Assembly (NCBI GenBank): GCA_019637395.1
Contig: JAHBVR010000012.1
Coordinates: forward strand, 1,842-65,841
Length of the DNA stretch: 64,000 nt
Direction of reading: 5' to 3'
Origin: Vulcanimicrobiota bacterium
Lineage (GTDB): Bacteria; Vulcanimicrobiota; Xenobia; Xenobiales; JADMJV01
Shown here: piece after piece, positions 1-9,513 of the stretch
Position numbering within the stretch: position 1 is the stretch's first letter
Layout of the letters: every line of letters begins with the position of its first letter
The notes under the pieces: model-generated
Database searches by the model: none
What the model saw: the letters and a program-made list of their open reading frames with translations, nothing else
What the model was told of the DNA's origin: nothing
Program-made: the position numbers and the translations under genes

Positions 1-1
1 G

Positions 2-109
2 CACGCTGGCCACCAAAGCCTGGCATGTGGCGGGGAGCGACGAGTTGGAAGGGCGCATCAAGCAGTTGGAGGACAACGTCACCTATATCTGCCTGCCTTC
101 CGGGCCTTG
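2..109 (+). CDS. 3' end of an upstream gene (partial, hypothetical)
   Basis: Only frame 3 reads as protein-like up to the TGA at 107-109 ('...TLATKAWHVAGSDELEGRIKQLEDNVTYICLPSGP'); no start lies within the window. Confidence 0.25.
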
Positions 110-204
110 AGTAATTTTCGACCAGGTTTCGCTTTCGCGGGTGCGAGGGTAGTCCATGGGCACAGTCAGCAGGGGGTCAGGTTAATAGACACAGGTTTTC
201 CTTT

Positions 205-1035
205 ATGCATTCAACCATCAAATTCCGGACGCGCTGCCTGGTGTTGCTCGTCCTCTTCCTCTCGATGCTCCTGATGGAGCTACAACAGCAACAAACCATC
301 GCTCAATTCGAGCAGCGCAATCGGCAACTGGAAATCAGTCTGCGCCAACAACGCGAACAACTCCAGGACGTCTCTCGTCTGGCGGAGGAGCAAACTCGCG
401 AACTCTGGGCCGAGATCGAGAAACATCAGCTCGATCTGATGGCCGTGAGTCGCCTGCTCGAGCAAGGTCGTCCGCTGGTCCCGCGGCGCTCGCTGCTGGC
501 GGCCCGCAGCGGGCGCCGCCAGCACCTGCGCCAGAGCTTTTTGGAACTGCGCCGCCTGGTGGACTGCCAGCAAAGCGAACTGAGCCGGCTCTCGCAGGCC
601 GCCCGGGAAATGTTCCAGCGATCCATTCCCAGCGGCAGTCCCTGCGCCGGCGAGATGACCTCGGGTTTCGGTTGCCGGGTGCATCCCATTTATGGTATCG
701 GCAAGTTCCACCAGGGCTGCGATTTTACCGCCCCTTACTCCACCAAAATATTCGCCACCGCGGACGGTGTGGTGCTGCGCAGCGACTGGCTGGGAGGCTA
801 CGGCAAGGTGGTGGAGTTACAGCATCCCAGTGGACTGTGCACGCTTTACGCTCATTGCGACGAGCTCAAGGTTGCCAAAGGTCAGAAAGTCCACAAGGGC
901 GCCTGGATCGCCACCGTCGGCCAGACCGGTCTGGCCAGCGGACCGCATTGCCACTACGAAGTGCACCGCGACGGCAAGCAAATCGACCCCCAGCCTTTCC
1001 TGGCCTCGGCGCCAAGGGGCACCGCTTCCCTGTAA
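205..1035 (+). CDS. M23 family metallopeptidase (EnvC/NlpD-like) with N-terminal TM segment and coiled coil
   Basis: N-terminal hydrophobic segment plus Q/E/R/L-rich heptads; C-terminal LytM domain with HxxxD ('FHQGCDF') and HxH ('GPHCHYEVH') zinc motifs, 'GYGKVVELQHPSGLCTLYAHC'. Confidence 0.85.
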   Translation: MHSTIKFRTRCLVLLVLFLSMLLMELQQQQTIAQFEQRNRQLEISLRQQREQLQDVSRLAEEQTRELWAEIEKHQLDLMAVSRLLEQGRPLVPRRSLLAARSGRRQHLRQSFLELRRLVDCQQSELSRLSQAAREMFQRSIPSGSPCAGEMTSGFGCRVHPIYGIGKFHQGCDFTAPYSTKIFATADGVVLRSDWLGGYGKVVELQHPSGLCTLYAHCDELKVAKGQKVHKGAWIATVGQTGLASGPHCHYEVHRDGKQIDPQPFLASAPRGTASL

Positions 1036-1426
1036 GTCACAGAACGATGCTTTCTTGCCGGGATAAGCACGGAGTGCGCCCTGGGAAGTGGCGGCCTTGA
1101 CTCCGGAATGAGCCGGGTCGGTGCCGGGTAGTGGCCGCCGATGGATCGGTGGCCTATTGCGCCAAGATGCCGGAGGTGGGGCTGCCGAGTTGGGAGCTTC
1201 GCGGGTGAATCCCAAGCTTCTACTGAAATTGGGGGCCAGGCTTTGGCGGGATCCGGCTGGTTTTGGGCATTCCGGGGTGTGCCGGGGGAAGCGCCGGAGT
1301 GGCCGGAGAGCGAGGCCCGGGAGCTTCTGGGGGGCGCACGGATGGGAAGGGCGGAAGCGTGTGGCTGACCGAGGCCGGGGAGCGGGCCGAGGATATTCCG
1401 CTGGCGGCGGCGGCCCGCTATCCTGG

Positions 1427-1933
1427 GTGGTGACGGAGAAAGACGATCTGCTCAAGGACACCGCCAGGATTTGCCGCGAGCTGGGCCTGACCCATTACCA
1501 CCTGGGGGGACAGCCCTCGCGTCTGCGCACGGAATACCTGGCGTCCCGATTGCGGGAGGGCACTCAGGCGCCGCTCCAGGTGATCGCTTTTGTGGACTAC
1601 GACGAGGGCGGCTGGACCATCGGCAAGGCCGTGGTGAAGCAGTTGCTAGCCCTGGGCGTGACGGTGGAGCGGTTGGATTTTCTGCTCCGGGAGGAATACT
1701 TCACCCCGGAGGAAGTACGGCTCTACGCGCATCCCTGCAAGTCGAAGACCAAGGCGCTCCGAACCCTGGCCCGACTTTGGGTGGAAAGCGGCGGGGGCAT
1801 TCGGGGGGAGGCGCTGGGCATTCACGCCAGCCACGTGAAGCCGTTCAAGCGGGTGCAGAAGCTGTTTCTGGACTTGCTGGCCGGGAAGAAGTTTGACACT
1901 CCCCCCTCGATTTGCTACCTTCCAGGGGTCTGA
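1427..1933 (+). CDS. Small Toprim-fold-like protein (hypothetical)
   Basis: The in-frame GTG at 1427 was chosen because the 1121-1426 part of the ORF is G/R/P-rich junk; 'VVTEKDD' (strand ending in a conserved Glu) and 'IAFVDYDEGG' (DxD) about 60 aa apart resemble a Toprim core; the stop lies 1 nt before the tRNA. Confidence 0.4.
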   Translation: MVTEKDDLLKDTARICRELGLTHYHLGGQPSRLRTEYLASRLREGTQAPLQVIAFVDYDEGGWTIGKAVVKQLLALGVTVERLDFLLREEYFTPEEVRLYAHPCKSKTKALRTLARLWVESGGGIRGEALGIHASHVKPFKRVQKLFLDLLAGKKFDTPPSICYLPGV

Positions 1934-2009
1934 CTCCGCGTAGCTCAGGGGATAGAGCGGCCGCCTCCTAAGCGGCAGGTCGTTGGTTCGATTCCAATCG
2001 TGGAGGCCA
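1934..2009 (+). tRNA. tRNA-Arg (anticodon CCT)
   Basis: Cloverleaf read by eye: acceptor ctccgcg/cgtggag (one G-U pair), D arm gctc-aggggatag-gagc, anticodon stem gccgc/gcggc with loop ctCCTaa, T arm gttgg-ttcgatt-ccaat, discriminator g plus encoded CCA. Confidence 0.9.
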
Positions 2010-2022
2010 TAAGCCGTCCGGC

Positions 2023-3363
2023 GTGAGCCGGCGGCTCTTGTTTTTCGAGAGGTCCGCAATGTCCGAGACAGAGCCCCCAGAGCCATCCGAGGCTCCCTGG
2101 ACGCGCCAGCACTGGCTGCTGCTGGGCGCCATTCTGTTGATCGGTCTTTTCATGCGCGTCTGTCTGTTGGGATTTCCGCCCAACAAGTTCTTCGACGAGA
2201 TCTACTATGTGGACGCCGCCAACGATTACTTAAAGGGCATCGCCGACGCCAACTCGGTGCATCCGCCCCTGGCCAAGATGCAGTTGGCCGCCACCATTTT
2301 GCTTTTTGACGTGGCCAAGCTCCATGGGCTGACCAGTTTAGAAAACACGGTGGGATGGCGTCTGGCTCCCGCTCTGGCGGGAGTGGGCACGGTGGGTTTG
2401 ACGGCCTGGCTGGCCTTTGTGCTGCTGCGCCGGCCCCGGACGGCTTTGCTGGCGGCCGCGCTGGTAGCCGTAGAACATCTGTCGGTGGCCGAATCCAGGA
2501 TCTGCACGCTCGACAGTATCCAGGCTTTCTGGATCATGCTGGGAATTTGCTGCGGAGCCGAGCGCATCTGGCGGAGTGAAGACGATAAATGGCTGTGGTT
2601 CTCGGCCATGGCTTTGGGAGTGGCCACCGGCTGCAAATGGAACGGGCTCTTCGCGGCCGCCGGTGTGGTGCTGGGATTGTGGACCATTCGCGTGGGCGCT
2701 TTGCCCAAATCGCATCCCCTCAAGGTTTTTTTCCTCTATGCGCTGGTCATTCCGGCTATCTACGCGGCCGCCTATATCCCCTTCGCGCGCACCCTGCCTC
2801 CGGCCAGGCAAACGGTCGGCCAGGTCTTCTCCGAAGTGAAAGCCCAGCACATCCGCATGTGGAAGTTCCGCAAAGATCCCAAACAATTCAAGCACCAGTA
2901 TCTGAGCCCCATGTGGCAGTGGCCCTTCGTCATCCGGCCCATCTGGTTTCACTTTCGTAGCGAGCCCAGCCATACGTGCAGCGGCATCGTGGCCTTCGGG
3001 ATGGTGCCCTTCTACTGGCTGTCGGTCTATCTGTTGCTGGAATGCCTGGCCGGCGCCTGGACCCGCGAATATTGGGACCCGGCCGGACAATTCTTATTCC
3101 TCACCTATGGCACGCAATATTTTCTCTGGGTCAGCAGTTGGACCGGCTTTTTTTACTATATGTTGCCCATGGTGCCGCTCATGGCCGTGGCCGTGGCCCG
3201 CCAGTTGGACCACTGGTTGGGCTACCAGCCAACGCGCAAGTACGCGATCGGTTTTCTGGTCGTGCTGGCCGTCATGACGCTGCTCTATTTCCCCTTTATG
3301 TGCGGCCTGACCGTGCCCTACAAATACTTCCAGGCCTTATTCTTCGCCCCATCCTGGGTCTAA
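2023..3363 (+). CDS. GT39 / PMT-like lipid-carrier-dependent glycosyltransferase (ArnT/PMT family)
   Basis: 'FFDEIYYVDAANDYL...VHPPLAKM' matches the PMT/GT39 loop-1 motif (DE...HPPL.K); more than 10 hydrophobic helices; alternative start Met at 2059. Confidence 0.75.
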   Translation: MSRRLLFFERSAMSETEPPEPSEAPWTRQHWLLLGAILLIGLFMRVCLLGFPPNKFFDEIYYVDAANDYLKGIADANSVHPPLAKMQLAATILLFDVAKLHGLTSLENTVGWRLAPALAGVGTVGLTAWLAFVLLRRPRTALLAAALVAVEHLSVAESRICTLDSIQAFWIMLGICCGAERIWRSEDDKWLWFSAMALGVATGCKWNGLFAAAGVVLGLWTIRVGALPKSHPLKVFFLYALVIPAIYAAAYIPFARTLPPARQTVGQVFSEVKAQHIRMWKFRKDPKQFKHQYLSPMWQWPFVIRPIWFHFRSEPSHTCSGIVAFGMVPFYWLSVYLLLECLAGAWTREYWDPAGQFLFLTYGTQYFLWVSSWTGFFYYMLPMVPLMAVAVARQLDHWLGYQPTRKYAIGFLVVLAVMTLLYFPFMCGLTVPYKYFQALFFAPSWV

Positions 3364-3443
3364 CCGAGTGTGCAGGGGGAGACGGCAGCCCCCCCCTTGC
3401 TCCTCTTGCAGGGGGGGGACAGAGGGAGACGAAGGCCGCACCC

Positions 3444-5951
3444 GTGCGCGGCAACCAGTTTATCAGCATCAATATCAAGCTCGCGCTGGCTATCGTACCG
3501 CTCATTCTCGTCTTCATGGGTTTCAATTTCGTGGTCATCCTCGACCATGAACAGGACATCCTGAAGCAACAGACGGAACGGCGCGCCATTTCATTGGCGA
3601 CTACGCTGGCCATCGTGTCGGCCGACGCCCTGCGCACCTTTACCGAATATCAGTTGCAGCAGAACGCCGTGCAGTTCGCCAAGGACAGCGATATCGTCAG
3701 CGTGGCCATTCTGGACAGTCAAAACAAAGTGCTGGCTCACAATATCGCCAGCGAGCGCGGCAAAACCGAGGACTCCGCCAGCGCCGAAGAGGCCCGCGCC
3801 AGCACCAGCTACATGCTCCACTACGCTCAGCAAAACAAGCGGCGGGTGCTGGAAGTCTATCATCCTATCAGCATCGACCAGAAGCGCCGGGGCACGGTGC
3901 AGATCGTCGTTTCCATGGATGCCATGGACCAGGCGCTGGCCCGCTCGCAGCGTTATTTGACCGGACTGACCATGGTGCTGCTCTCGGGCGCGGTGGTCTT
4001 TGTGGGCTTCCTGGCCCGCTGGTTCTCCCAGCCGCTGTTGACGCTGGCTCTGGTGGCCCGCCGGCTCTCCAAGGGCGAACTGCAGACGCGTGCTCAGGTC
4101 ACCTCCTTTGACGAAGTAGGTGTGCTGGGCACCGCCCTCAACCACATGGCCTCGCGCCTGGAAGGCATGATCGAGCGCGAGAAAGCGGCTCGCCAGGAGT
4201 TGCAGCAACGAGTCACCTCCCTGCTGGAATTTACCGACCGGGTGGTAGCCGGCGACCTCAAAGGCCAGGCCGAGGCCGGCCAGGACGACGAAATGGGCCG
4301 GCTCACCCTGGCCGTCAACGAAATGGTGCGCCACCTGCGCATCATTCTTGAAGACGAGCGTTCGGTGCGCGAGAACCTGGAGCGCAGCCGGGCCGAATTG
4401 GAAGACGCCAACGAGAAACTCAAAGAACTCGACCAGATGAAGAGCGAGTTCCTCAACACCGTCAGCCACGAGTTGCGCACTCCGCTCACGGCCATCAAGG
4501 CCTTTGCCGAAATTTTGCTGGACAACGAGGGCGAAGATCAGGAAACCCAGATGGAATTCCTGGGTATCATCAATAAAGAAGCCGACCGCCTGACCCGCTT
4601 GATCAACAACCTGCTCGATCTTTCGCGCATCGAAGCCGGTCGCATGAACTGGCATTTCGAGCCCTCCGATCTGGAAGAGCTGTGCAACAACGCCTTTGCC
4701 ACCCTCAAACCGGCCGCCGACAAAAAAGAAGTCGTTTACCAGGCCGAACACCTGGGGGGGACCCTGCCGGTCCACTGCGATTTTGACAAGATGCAGCAAG
4801 TTTTCACCAACTTGATCGGCAACGCTCTGAAGTTTACCCCCAGCGGCGGCAGCGTCACCATTTCTTCGCGCCGGGTGGGAGACAAAGCCGAGGTGGTGGT
4901 ATCCGATAGCGGCATGGGCATCGCCCCCGAATTCCACGCCAAGATTTTTGAGAAGTTCGGCCAGGTGGACACCTCCGAGACCCGTGAAATCAAAGGTTCC
5001 GGTCTGGGTCTACCGATCGCGCGCAGCATCGTGGAAGCCCATAAGGGCACGCTCACGGTGGACAGCGAGGCCGGCAAAGGTGCGCGCTTTATTGTGCGCC
5101 TACCCCTGTTCGGGGTGGAAGGGGCCAGCAGCAACCCGCGCCCCGAAGCTCCGGCCGTGGGTGAGGTGCCGCAGCATCTGCCGGCCTACCAGCGGACCGT
5201 GCTGGTGGTCGATGACGAGCCGAGTATCCGCCGCTTCCTGCGCCACCTCTTGGAACAAGAGGGCTATGATGTGCTCGAAGCCGGCTCCGGCAAAGAAGCG
5301 CTGACCCGCTGTGAGCGGGAGAACCCTGACCTGGTGCTGCTGGATCTGCGCTTGCCCGACATGACGGGCTTTGAAATCCTCAGCGAGCTCAAGAAGCGGC
5401 CGCAGACCAACCACATCCCGGTGGTCATTCTCTCGATCGTGCAGGACCGCGAAGAAGGCTTCCGTCTGGGAGCCAGCGACTACCTGACCAAGCCGGTGGA
5501 CCGCGATAAACTGATGGAGCGTATCCAGCGCCTGATCGGCTCCCAAAATAAAGCCAATATTCTGGTGGTGGAAGACGATCCTTCGGTGCAGCGCGCCCTG
5601 CAGGCCATTTTGGAGAACCACAATTATTCGGTCAAGGCCGTTTTTTCCGCCGAAGACGCCCTGCTCACCCTCAAAGAATGGCACCCGTCCTTGATTTTGC
5701 TGGATTTAATGCTGCCCGGACTGAGCGGTAACGATTTCCTCAAGGAATTGAAAGAAAATCCAGACTGGGAACAACTACCGGTGGTGGTGCTCACGGCCGC
5801 GGACTCTGATTCGCGCAGCGAAGCCAAGCTTTTAGGCGCCCACAGCGTGGTGGGCAAACCCTTTATCGAAAACGAGCTGACCGGTCTGATCCGGGGAATT
5901 TTCGAAGGGGAGATTTTCCAACAAGGCGAAAGGCCTGCCGACGGAGGATGA
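3444..5951 (+). CDS. Hybrid sensor histidine kinase (2 TM, HAMP, HisKA, HATPase_c, two C-terminal receiver domains)
   Basis: The ORF runs from 2976, but its first ~390 nt overlap the GT39 gene in another frame, so the start was moved to in-frame GTG 3444 before TM1. HisKA 'VSHELRTPLTAIKAFAEIL'; HATPase 'GMGIAPEF...GSGLGLPIARSIVEAHKG'; REC1 'VLVVDDEPSIRRFL...LVLLDLRLPDMTG'; REC2 'ILVVEDDPSVQRAL...LILLDLMLPGLSG'. Confidence 0.8.
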   Translation: MRGNQFISINIKLALAIVPLILVFMGFNFVVILDHEQDILKQQTERRAISLATTLAIVSADALRTFTEYQLQQNAVQFAKDSDIVSVAILDSQNKVLAHNIASERGKTEDSASAEEARASTSYMLHYAQQNKRRVLEVYHPISIDQKRRGTVQIVVSMDAMDQALARSQRYLTGLTMVLLSGAVVFVGFLARWFSQPLLTLALVARRLSKGELQTRAQVTSFDEVGVLGTALNHMASRLEGMIEREKAARQELQQRVTSLLEFTDRVVAGDLKGQAEAGQDDEMGRLTLAVNEMVRHLRIILEDERSVRENLERSRAELEDANEKLKELDQMKSEFLNTVSHELRTPLTAIKAFAEILLDNEGEDQETQMEFLGIINKEADRLTRLINNLLDLSRIEAGRMNWHFEPSDLEELCNNAFATLKPAADKKEVVYQAEHLGGTLPVHCDFDKMQQVFTNLIGNALKFTPSGGSVTISSRRVGDKAEVVVSDSGMGIAPEFHAKIFEKFGQVDTSETREIKGSGLGLPIARSIVEAHKGTLTVDSEAGKGARFIVRLPLFGVEGASSNPRPEAPAVGEVPQHLPAYQRTVLVVDDEPSIRRFLRHLLEQEGYDVLEAGSGKEALTRCERENPDLVLLDLRLPDMTGFEILSELKKRPQTNHIPVVILSIVQDREEGFRLGASDYLTKPVDRDKLMERIQRLIGSQNKANILVVEDDPSVQRALQAILENHNYSVKAVFSAEDALLTLKEWHPSLILLDLMLPGLSGNDFLKELKENPDWEQLPVVVLTAADSDSRSEAKLLGAHSVVGKPFIENELTGLIRGIFEGEIFQQGERPADGG

Positions 5952-5952
5952 C

Positions 5953-6321
5953 TTGGGAAAAACAATCCTGGTCGCGGATGATGAACCAGCGGTTCTAAGG
6001 TCGCTGGAGTTCATCCTCAAAAAAGAAGGTTATCGCGTTCTGACCGCCGTCAACGGCCAGGAAGCCTATGATCAGGCCAGCGCCAATTTGCCGGATCTGG
6101 TGCTGCTCGACGTGCAGATGCCGCGTATGGATGGTAATCAGGTTTGCCGCCAGTTGCGCGAGACACCCGCCAGTTCCAATCTCTACATCATTATGATTAC
6201 GGCCAAAGGCCAGGAGTCGGACCGCGTCAACAGCATGGAATCGGGCGCCAACGAATATATCACCAAGCCCTTTTCGCCGCGCAAGGTCATCGCCCGAGTG
6301 AAAGAGATCCTGGGCGAGTAA
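5953..6321 (+). CDS. Single-domain response regulator (CheY-like receiver)
   Basis: TTG start 2 nt after the kinase stop; 'ILVADDEPAVLRSL...LVLLDVQMPRMDG...ITAKG...ITKPF' receiver signature. Confidence 0.85.
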   Translation: MGKTILVADDEPAVLRSLEFILKKEGYRVLTAVNGQEAYDQASANLPDLVLLDVQMPRMDGNQVCRQLRETPASSNLYIIMITAKGQESDRVNSMESGANEYITKPFSPRKVIARVKEILGE

Positions 6322-6324
6322 ACG

Positions 6325-7707
6325 ATGCCCCCGCAGGTCGAGACTCACCTGGAATTACTGTTGGAGCCCACCCTGCTGGACGGTCTCAATCAATCCTTCG
6401 CGAACCTGGGCGTGGGTTGGGTAGTCCGCCAGATGGACGGCCAGCTCTATTCTCCGTGGCCCACGCACATCGCCGGCCAGGAATGGCTGGCCCAAATCCC
6501 TTTGCTTTCGGGTTCACACCGCTGGGCCGAGGGCGAGGCCGTCCAGAAGCTGGTGGAGATTGCCGCCGGTCCGTTGGCCTGGGTTTGCGAACTGCGCAAC
6601 TCTCAGAGCAGCGCTCCCAGCCTGATCGACCACGCCGCCGATCTTCTGAAACGCGAGAGCAGCTTGCGCTATGAACTCCAGAGTACGCTGGAAGAACTGA
6701 TTTCCAAATATGAAGAACTGACGGTGGTCTATGATAGCGCCGAAACCATCGTCAGCATCACGGACCTGGACGGCATGGCCCAGCGCATTCTGGATGAAGC
6801 CGCCGATTTGCTGGATGTCGACCACGCTTCCTTGATGCTGGTGGAAAAGGACCGCCTGGTGGTGAAAGCGGCCCGCGGAGCCCGCAAAGATCTGGTGAAC
6901 TCCAGTCTGCCGCTGGACGCCGACCAGATCTCCGGCCACGTGGCCCGCGAAGGCAAGCCGGTGCTGGTCGAGGATCTGGCCACCGACTCCACTTTCGGGC
7001 GCGGCAGCCGCGAGGAAGACGCCGCCCGCTCGCTCTGCTCGGTCCCTCTGCAGGTGCGCGGCTCGGTGCTGGGCGTGCTCAACGTCAATCACAAGCGCAG
7101 CGGCGACCCTTTCAACTCCGGCGACCTGAAACTTCTGATGGCTCTCGGCTCTCTGGCCGCCATCTCCATTCAGAACGCGCGCACTTACCAGAACGCCATC
7201 ACCGACCGCCTGACCAATCTCTATAACTATGGCTACTTCCGCGAGCAACTGGAGCGTTTCCTGGAAACCGCCCGCCAGGAGGAGTCGACCGTCAGCATGA
7301 TCATGTTCGACATCGACCACTTCAAGAATTTCAACGACGTCAACGGCCACGACCTGGCCAACGTGGCCCTGGTGGGAGTGGCCTCGCTGTGCGTGGCCAA
7401 TTCCCGCCAGCAAGGCGACCGCATGCCCGATCTGGTGGCTCGCTACGGAGGTGAGGAGTTCATGATCCTGCTGCAGGGCATCTCGAAAACCGATGCTTAC
7501 CTGACGGCCGAGCGCATTCGCAAGCAGGTCGAGTCCACTCACTACGAGGGGGGACAAAATCAGCCCATGGGGAAACTTACCATCAGCATGGGTGTAGCCA
7601 ATTTCCCTGAGGATGCCGAGAACTCCGAAGCCTTGATCAAACAGGCCGACCAGGCTCTGTATAAGGCCAAACGAGCCGGGCGCAACAATGTCCAGCTCGC
7701 CGGCTGA
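6325..7707 (+). CDS. GAF-domain diguanylate cyclase (GGDEF)
   Basis: GAF-like 'DVDHASLMLVEKDRLVVKAARG'; GGDEF domain 'RLTNLYNYGYFREQLE...MIMFDIDHFKNFNDVNGHDLAN...RYGGEEFMILL' with GGEEF active-site motif and an RxxD-like upstream element. Confidence 0.85.
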   Translation: MPPQVETHLELLLEPTLLDGLNQSFANLGVGWVVRQMDGQLYSPWPTHIAGQEWLAQIPLLSGSHRWAEGEAVQKLVEIAAGPLAWVCELRNSQSSAPSLIDHAADLLKRESSLRYELQSTLEELISKYEELTVVYDSAETIVSITDLDGMAQRILDEAADLLDVDHASLMLVEKDRLVVKAARGARKDLVNSSLPLDADQISGHVAREGKPVLVEDLATDSTFGRGSREEDAARSLCSVPLQVRGSVLGVLNVNHKRSGDPFNSGDLKLLMALGSLAAISIQNARTYQNAITDRLTNLYNYGYFREQLERFLETARQEESTVSMIMFDIDHFKNFNDVNGHDLANVALVGVASLCVANSRQQGDRMPDLVARYGGEEFMILLQGISKTDAYLTAERIRKQVESTHYEGGQNQPMGKLTISMGVANFPEDAENSEALIKQADQALYKAKRAGRNNVQLAG

Positions 7708-8827
7708 GCCCGATTGGCTCGATGAAGCCCTGCCGTTGCCCAAAGCGGGCCTGATCTGGCCCTGGATCCTGGCCGGCTCCGTGCTCTTTCTCTTTGGACT
7801 CTATCTGCTGCTACCAGGCTTCCAGGAAGGCCCCCGGACCAAGCCCACCCCCACACTGGTGGCGGACCAGCCTCAAGATCCCAAAACTCCGATACTGGTC
7901 GATGAGCACGCCCTCAATTTTCTGGTGGTGGACAGCGCCACCTCGAGTTTCGCCCAGGCGGCCGAAGAACTCAATCGCGACATGCGCAGCCTGACCGATG
8001 GCCGGGTGGCCTTCAACATTCATCCGTCCGGCCAGTACCAGGGCCAGAAACTCGACGAAATGGGAATTGTCCAGAAGGTGCGCAAAGGCGAGGCCCAGAT
8101 CGCCATCGTCACCTGCAGCCCTCTGGCCAACTTTGCGCCGGCCTTTGAAGTGCTCGACCTGCCTTTCCTCTTCCAGAGCTACGAGCAGGCCGATCGCGTC
8201 ATGGAAGGCCCGGTGGGCGACAAGATCCTGGGCACCCTGAGCGATTACGGACTGGTCGGCCTGGGCACCTTGGAAGTCGGTTTCCGCATCTTTTCCTCGT
8301 CCACTCCCCTACCCACCCTGGAAGACTTCCGCGACAAGAAAGTCCGCGTCATGCAAAGTTCGGTGGCCATCGGCATGGCCCGCGCCCTGGGATGCGAAGC
8401 CGTGCCCTCGCCCGTCGATAAAATCTATCAGATGGGCAAAGAGGGCTACATCGACGCCGCCGACCGCACCTACCCCACCTTCTGGGACTTCAAGCTTTAC
8501 GAGGTGCAGCGCTACATTACCGAGTCACGCCATAGCTATACCAGCAAGGCCATCATCATGAACAAGGCCGCCTACGAGAAGTTGAGCGAAGCCGAGCGCA
8601 AAGCACTCAAGCTGGCCGTCAAGCAGGTCCAGCTCGAACAGCGTAAGCAGCAGCGCCTCGACGATCAGCGGGTCAAGCAAGAGTGCCGCAAGCAGGGGAT
8701 CCAGATCTACGAACTGGGGCCGGCCGAGACCGCCCGCTTCGCGGCCGCCTGCCGCCCGCTTTACGACGAGTATCTAAAGCTACGCGGACCTGAGTACATC
8801 GAGGCTATCCGCGCCGCCGGAAAATAG
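7688..8827 (+). CDS. DctP-family (TRAP-type) solute-binding protein, membrane anchored, orphan
   Basis: 'FEVLDLPFLF', 'KKVRVMQS', 'KLYEVQRYIT' are typical DctP-fold motifs; N-terminal TM 'LIWPWILAGSVLFLFGLYLLL'; no dctQ/dctM in the window; 20-nt overlap with the GGDEF gene. Confidence 0.75.
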   Translation: MSSSPAEPDWLDEALPLPKAGLIWPWILAGSVLFLFGLYLLLPGFQEGPRTKPTPTLVADQPQDPKTPILVDEHALNFLVVDSATSSFAQAAEELNRDMRSLTDGRVAFNIHPSGQYQGQKLDEMGIVQKVRKGEAQIAIVTCSPLANFAPAFEVLDLPFLFQSYEQADRVMEGPVGDKILGTLSDYGLVGLGTLEVGFRIFSSSTPLPTLEDFRDKKVRVMQSSVAIGMARALGCEAVPSPVDKIYQMGKEGYIDAADRTYPTFWDFKLYEVQRYITESRHSYTSKAIIMNKAAYEKLSEAERKALKLAVKQVQLEQRKQQRLDDQRVKQECRKQGIQIYELGPAETARFAAACRPLYDEYLKLRGPEYIEAIRAAGK

Positions 8828-8916
8828 GCTGGGGACGACCCGACTTTCCCGTCAAGATATTTTTCAGGCCGGTATTTTAGAATCTGGAGAACAGCTCACG
8901 CAAGGAGTCTCCACCG

Positions 8917-9513
8917 ATGAAGGTTGTCCCGCAATCGACTCGTCTTTCCACTATAAAGCGCGATTCACGTTCCGAGAGGGTGGACTCCGAACCCAAAGAC
9001 CTGGTCGATATTCAATTCAATCGGCCCGGGCTTGCCATCCAACTCGACCACAGCTACCACTCGGACCCTGCTTTGAAGTTGTTGTCCCTGATGGCCGGGC
9101 GAGCCAGTTTTGAGGGGGTGGCCAACCCGAATTACAAGTTCGACGCAGAATCGTCTGGTTCGATTCCAGAGTCGGATAAGCCGTTTTTAGATCGAGTGAC
9201 CTCGCTTGGCAAGGAGGCCGGGATCGACTGGTTCTATTCCTTTGAGAAGATGGGCGGTTGCAACGGCTCCCGCCGCTCGCACGACGGCTTCGAAATGAGC
9301 TTCGATAACGGAACTCCCAACGAAATCCTTACGCCCAATGGCCAATACTCGTTTGGTTCAAGCAGCATGAACAGCAACGCCACCCAGCGCTTCCATGAAC
9401 TGCTGAGACGCGACTTTGAGGTAGAAACCGTGGTTCCTCAGAAAGACTATATTCCCCAGTACTCTATCACCGGTCCGCTGCTGCGATTTACGCCCAAACA
9501 GCCGCTGGCCTGA
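8917..9513 (+). CDS. Hypothetical protein (198 aa, S/N-rich, no TM)
   Basis: AAGGAG RBS 8 nt upstream of ATG; local GC lower than surroundings; no motif recognised. Confidence 0.5.
   Translation: MKVVPQSTRLSTIKRDSRSERVDSEPKDLVDIQFNRPGLAIQLDHSYHSDPALKLLSLMAGRASFEGVANPNYKFDAESSGSIPESDKPFLDRVTSLGKEAGIDWFYSFEKMGGCNGSRRSHDGFEMSFDNGTPNEILTPNGQYSFGSSSMNSNATQRFHELLRRDFEVETVVPQKDYIPQYSITGPLLRFTPKQPLA

Noticed and set aside
1121-1426. Upstream 102 codons of the 1121..1933 ORF
   Set aside because: G/R/P-rich low-complexity translation of GC-rich spacer; the conserved-looking domain starts at about 1427
2976-3443. 5' 468 nt of the 991-aa ORF called for the hybrid histidine kinase
   Set aside because: It overlaps the GT39 gene in a different frame and encodes R/G/P-rich sequence; the in-frame GTG at 3444 just before the first TM helix is the more plausible start
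3591-4937. 448-aa minus-strand ORF
   Set aside because: Antisense to the histidine-kinase gene; no motifs; low-complexity
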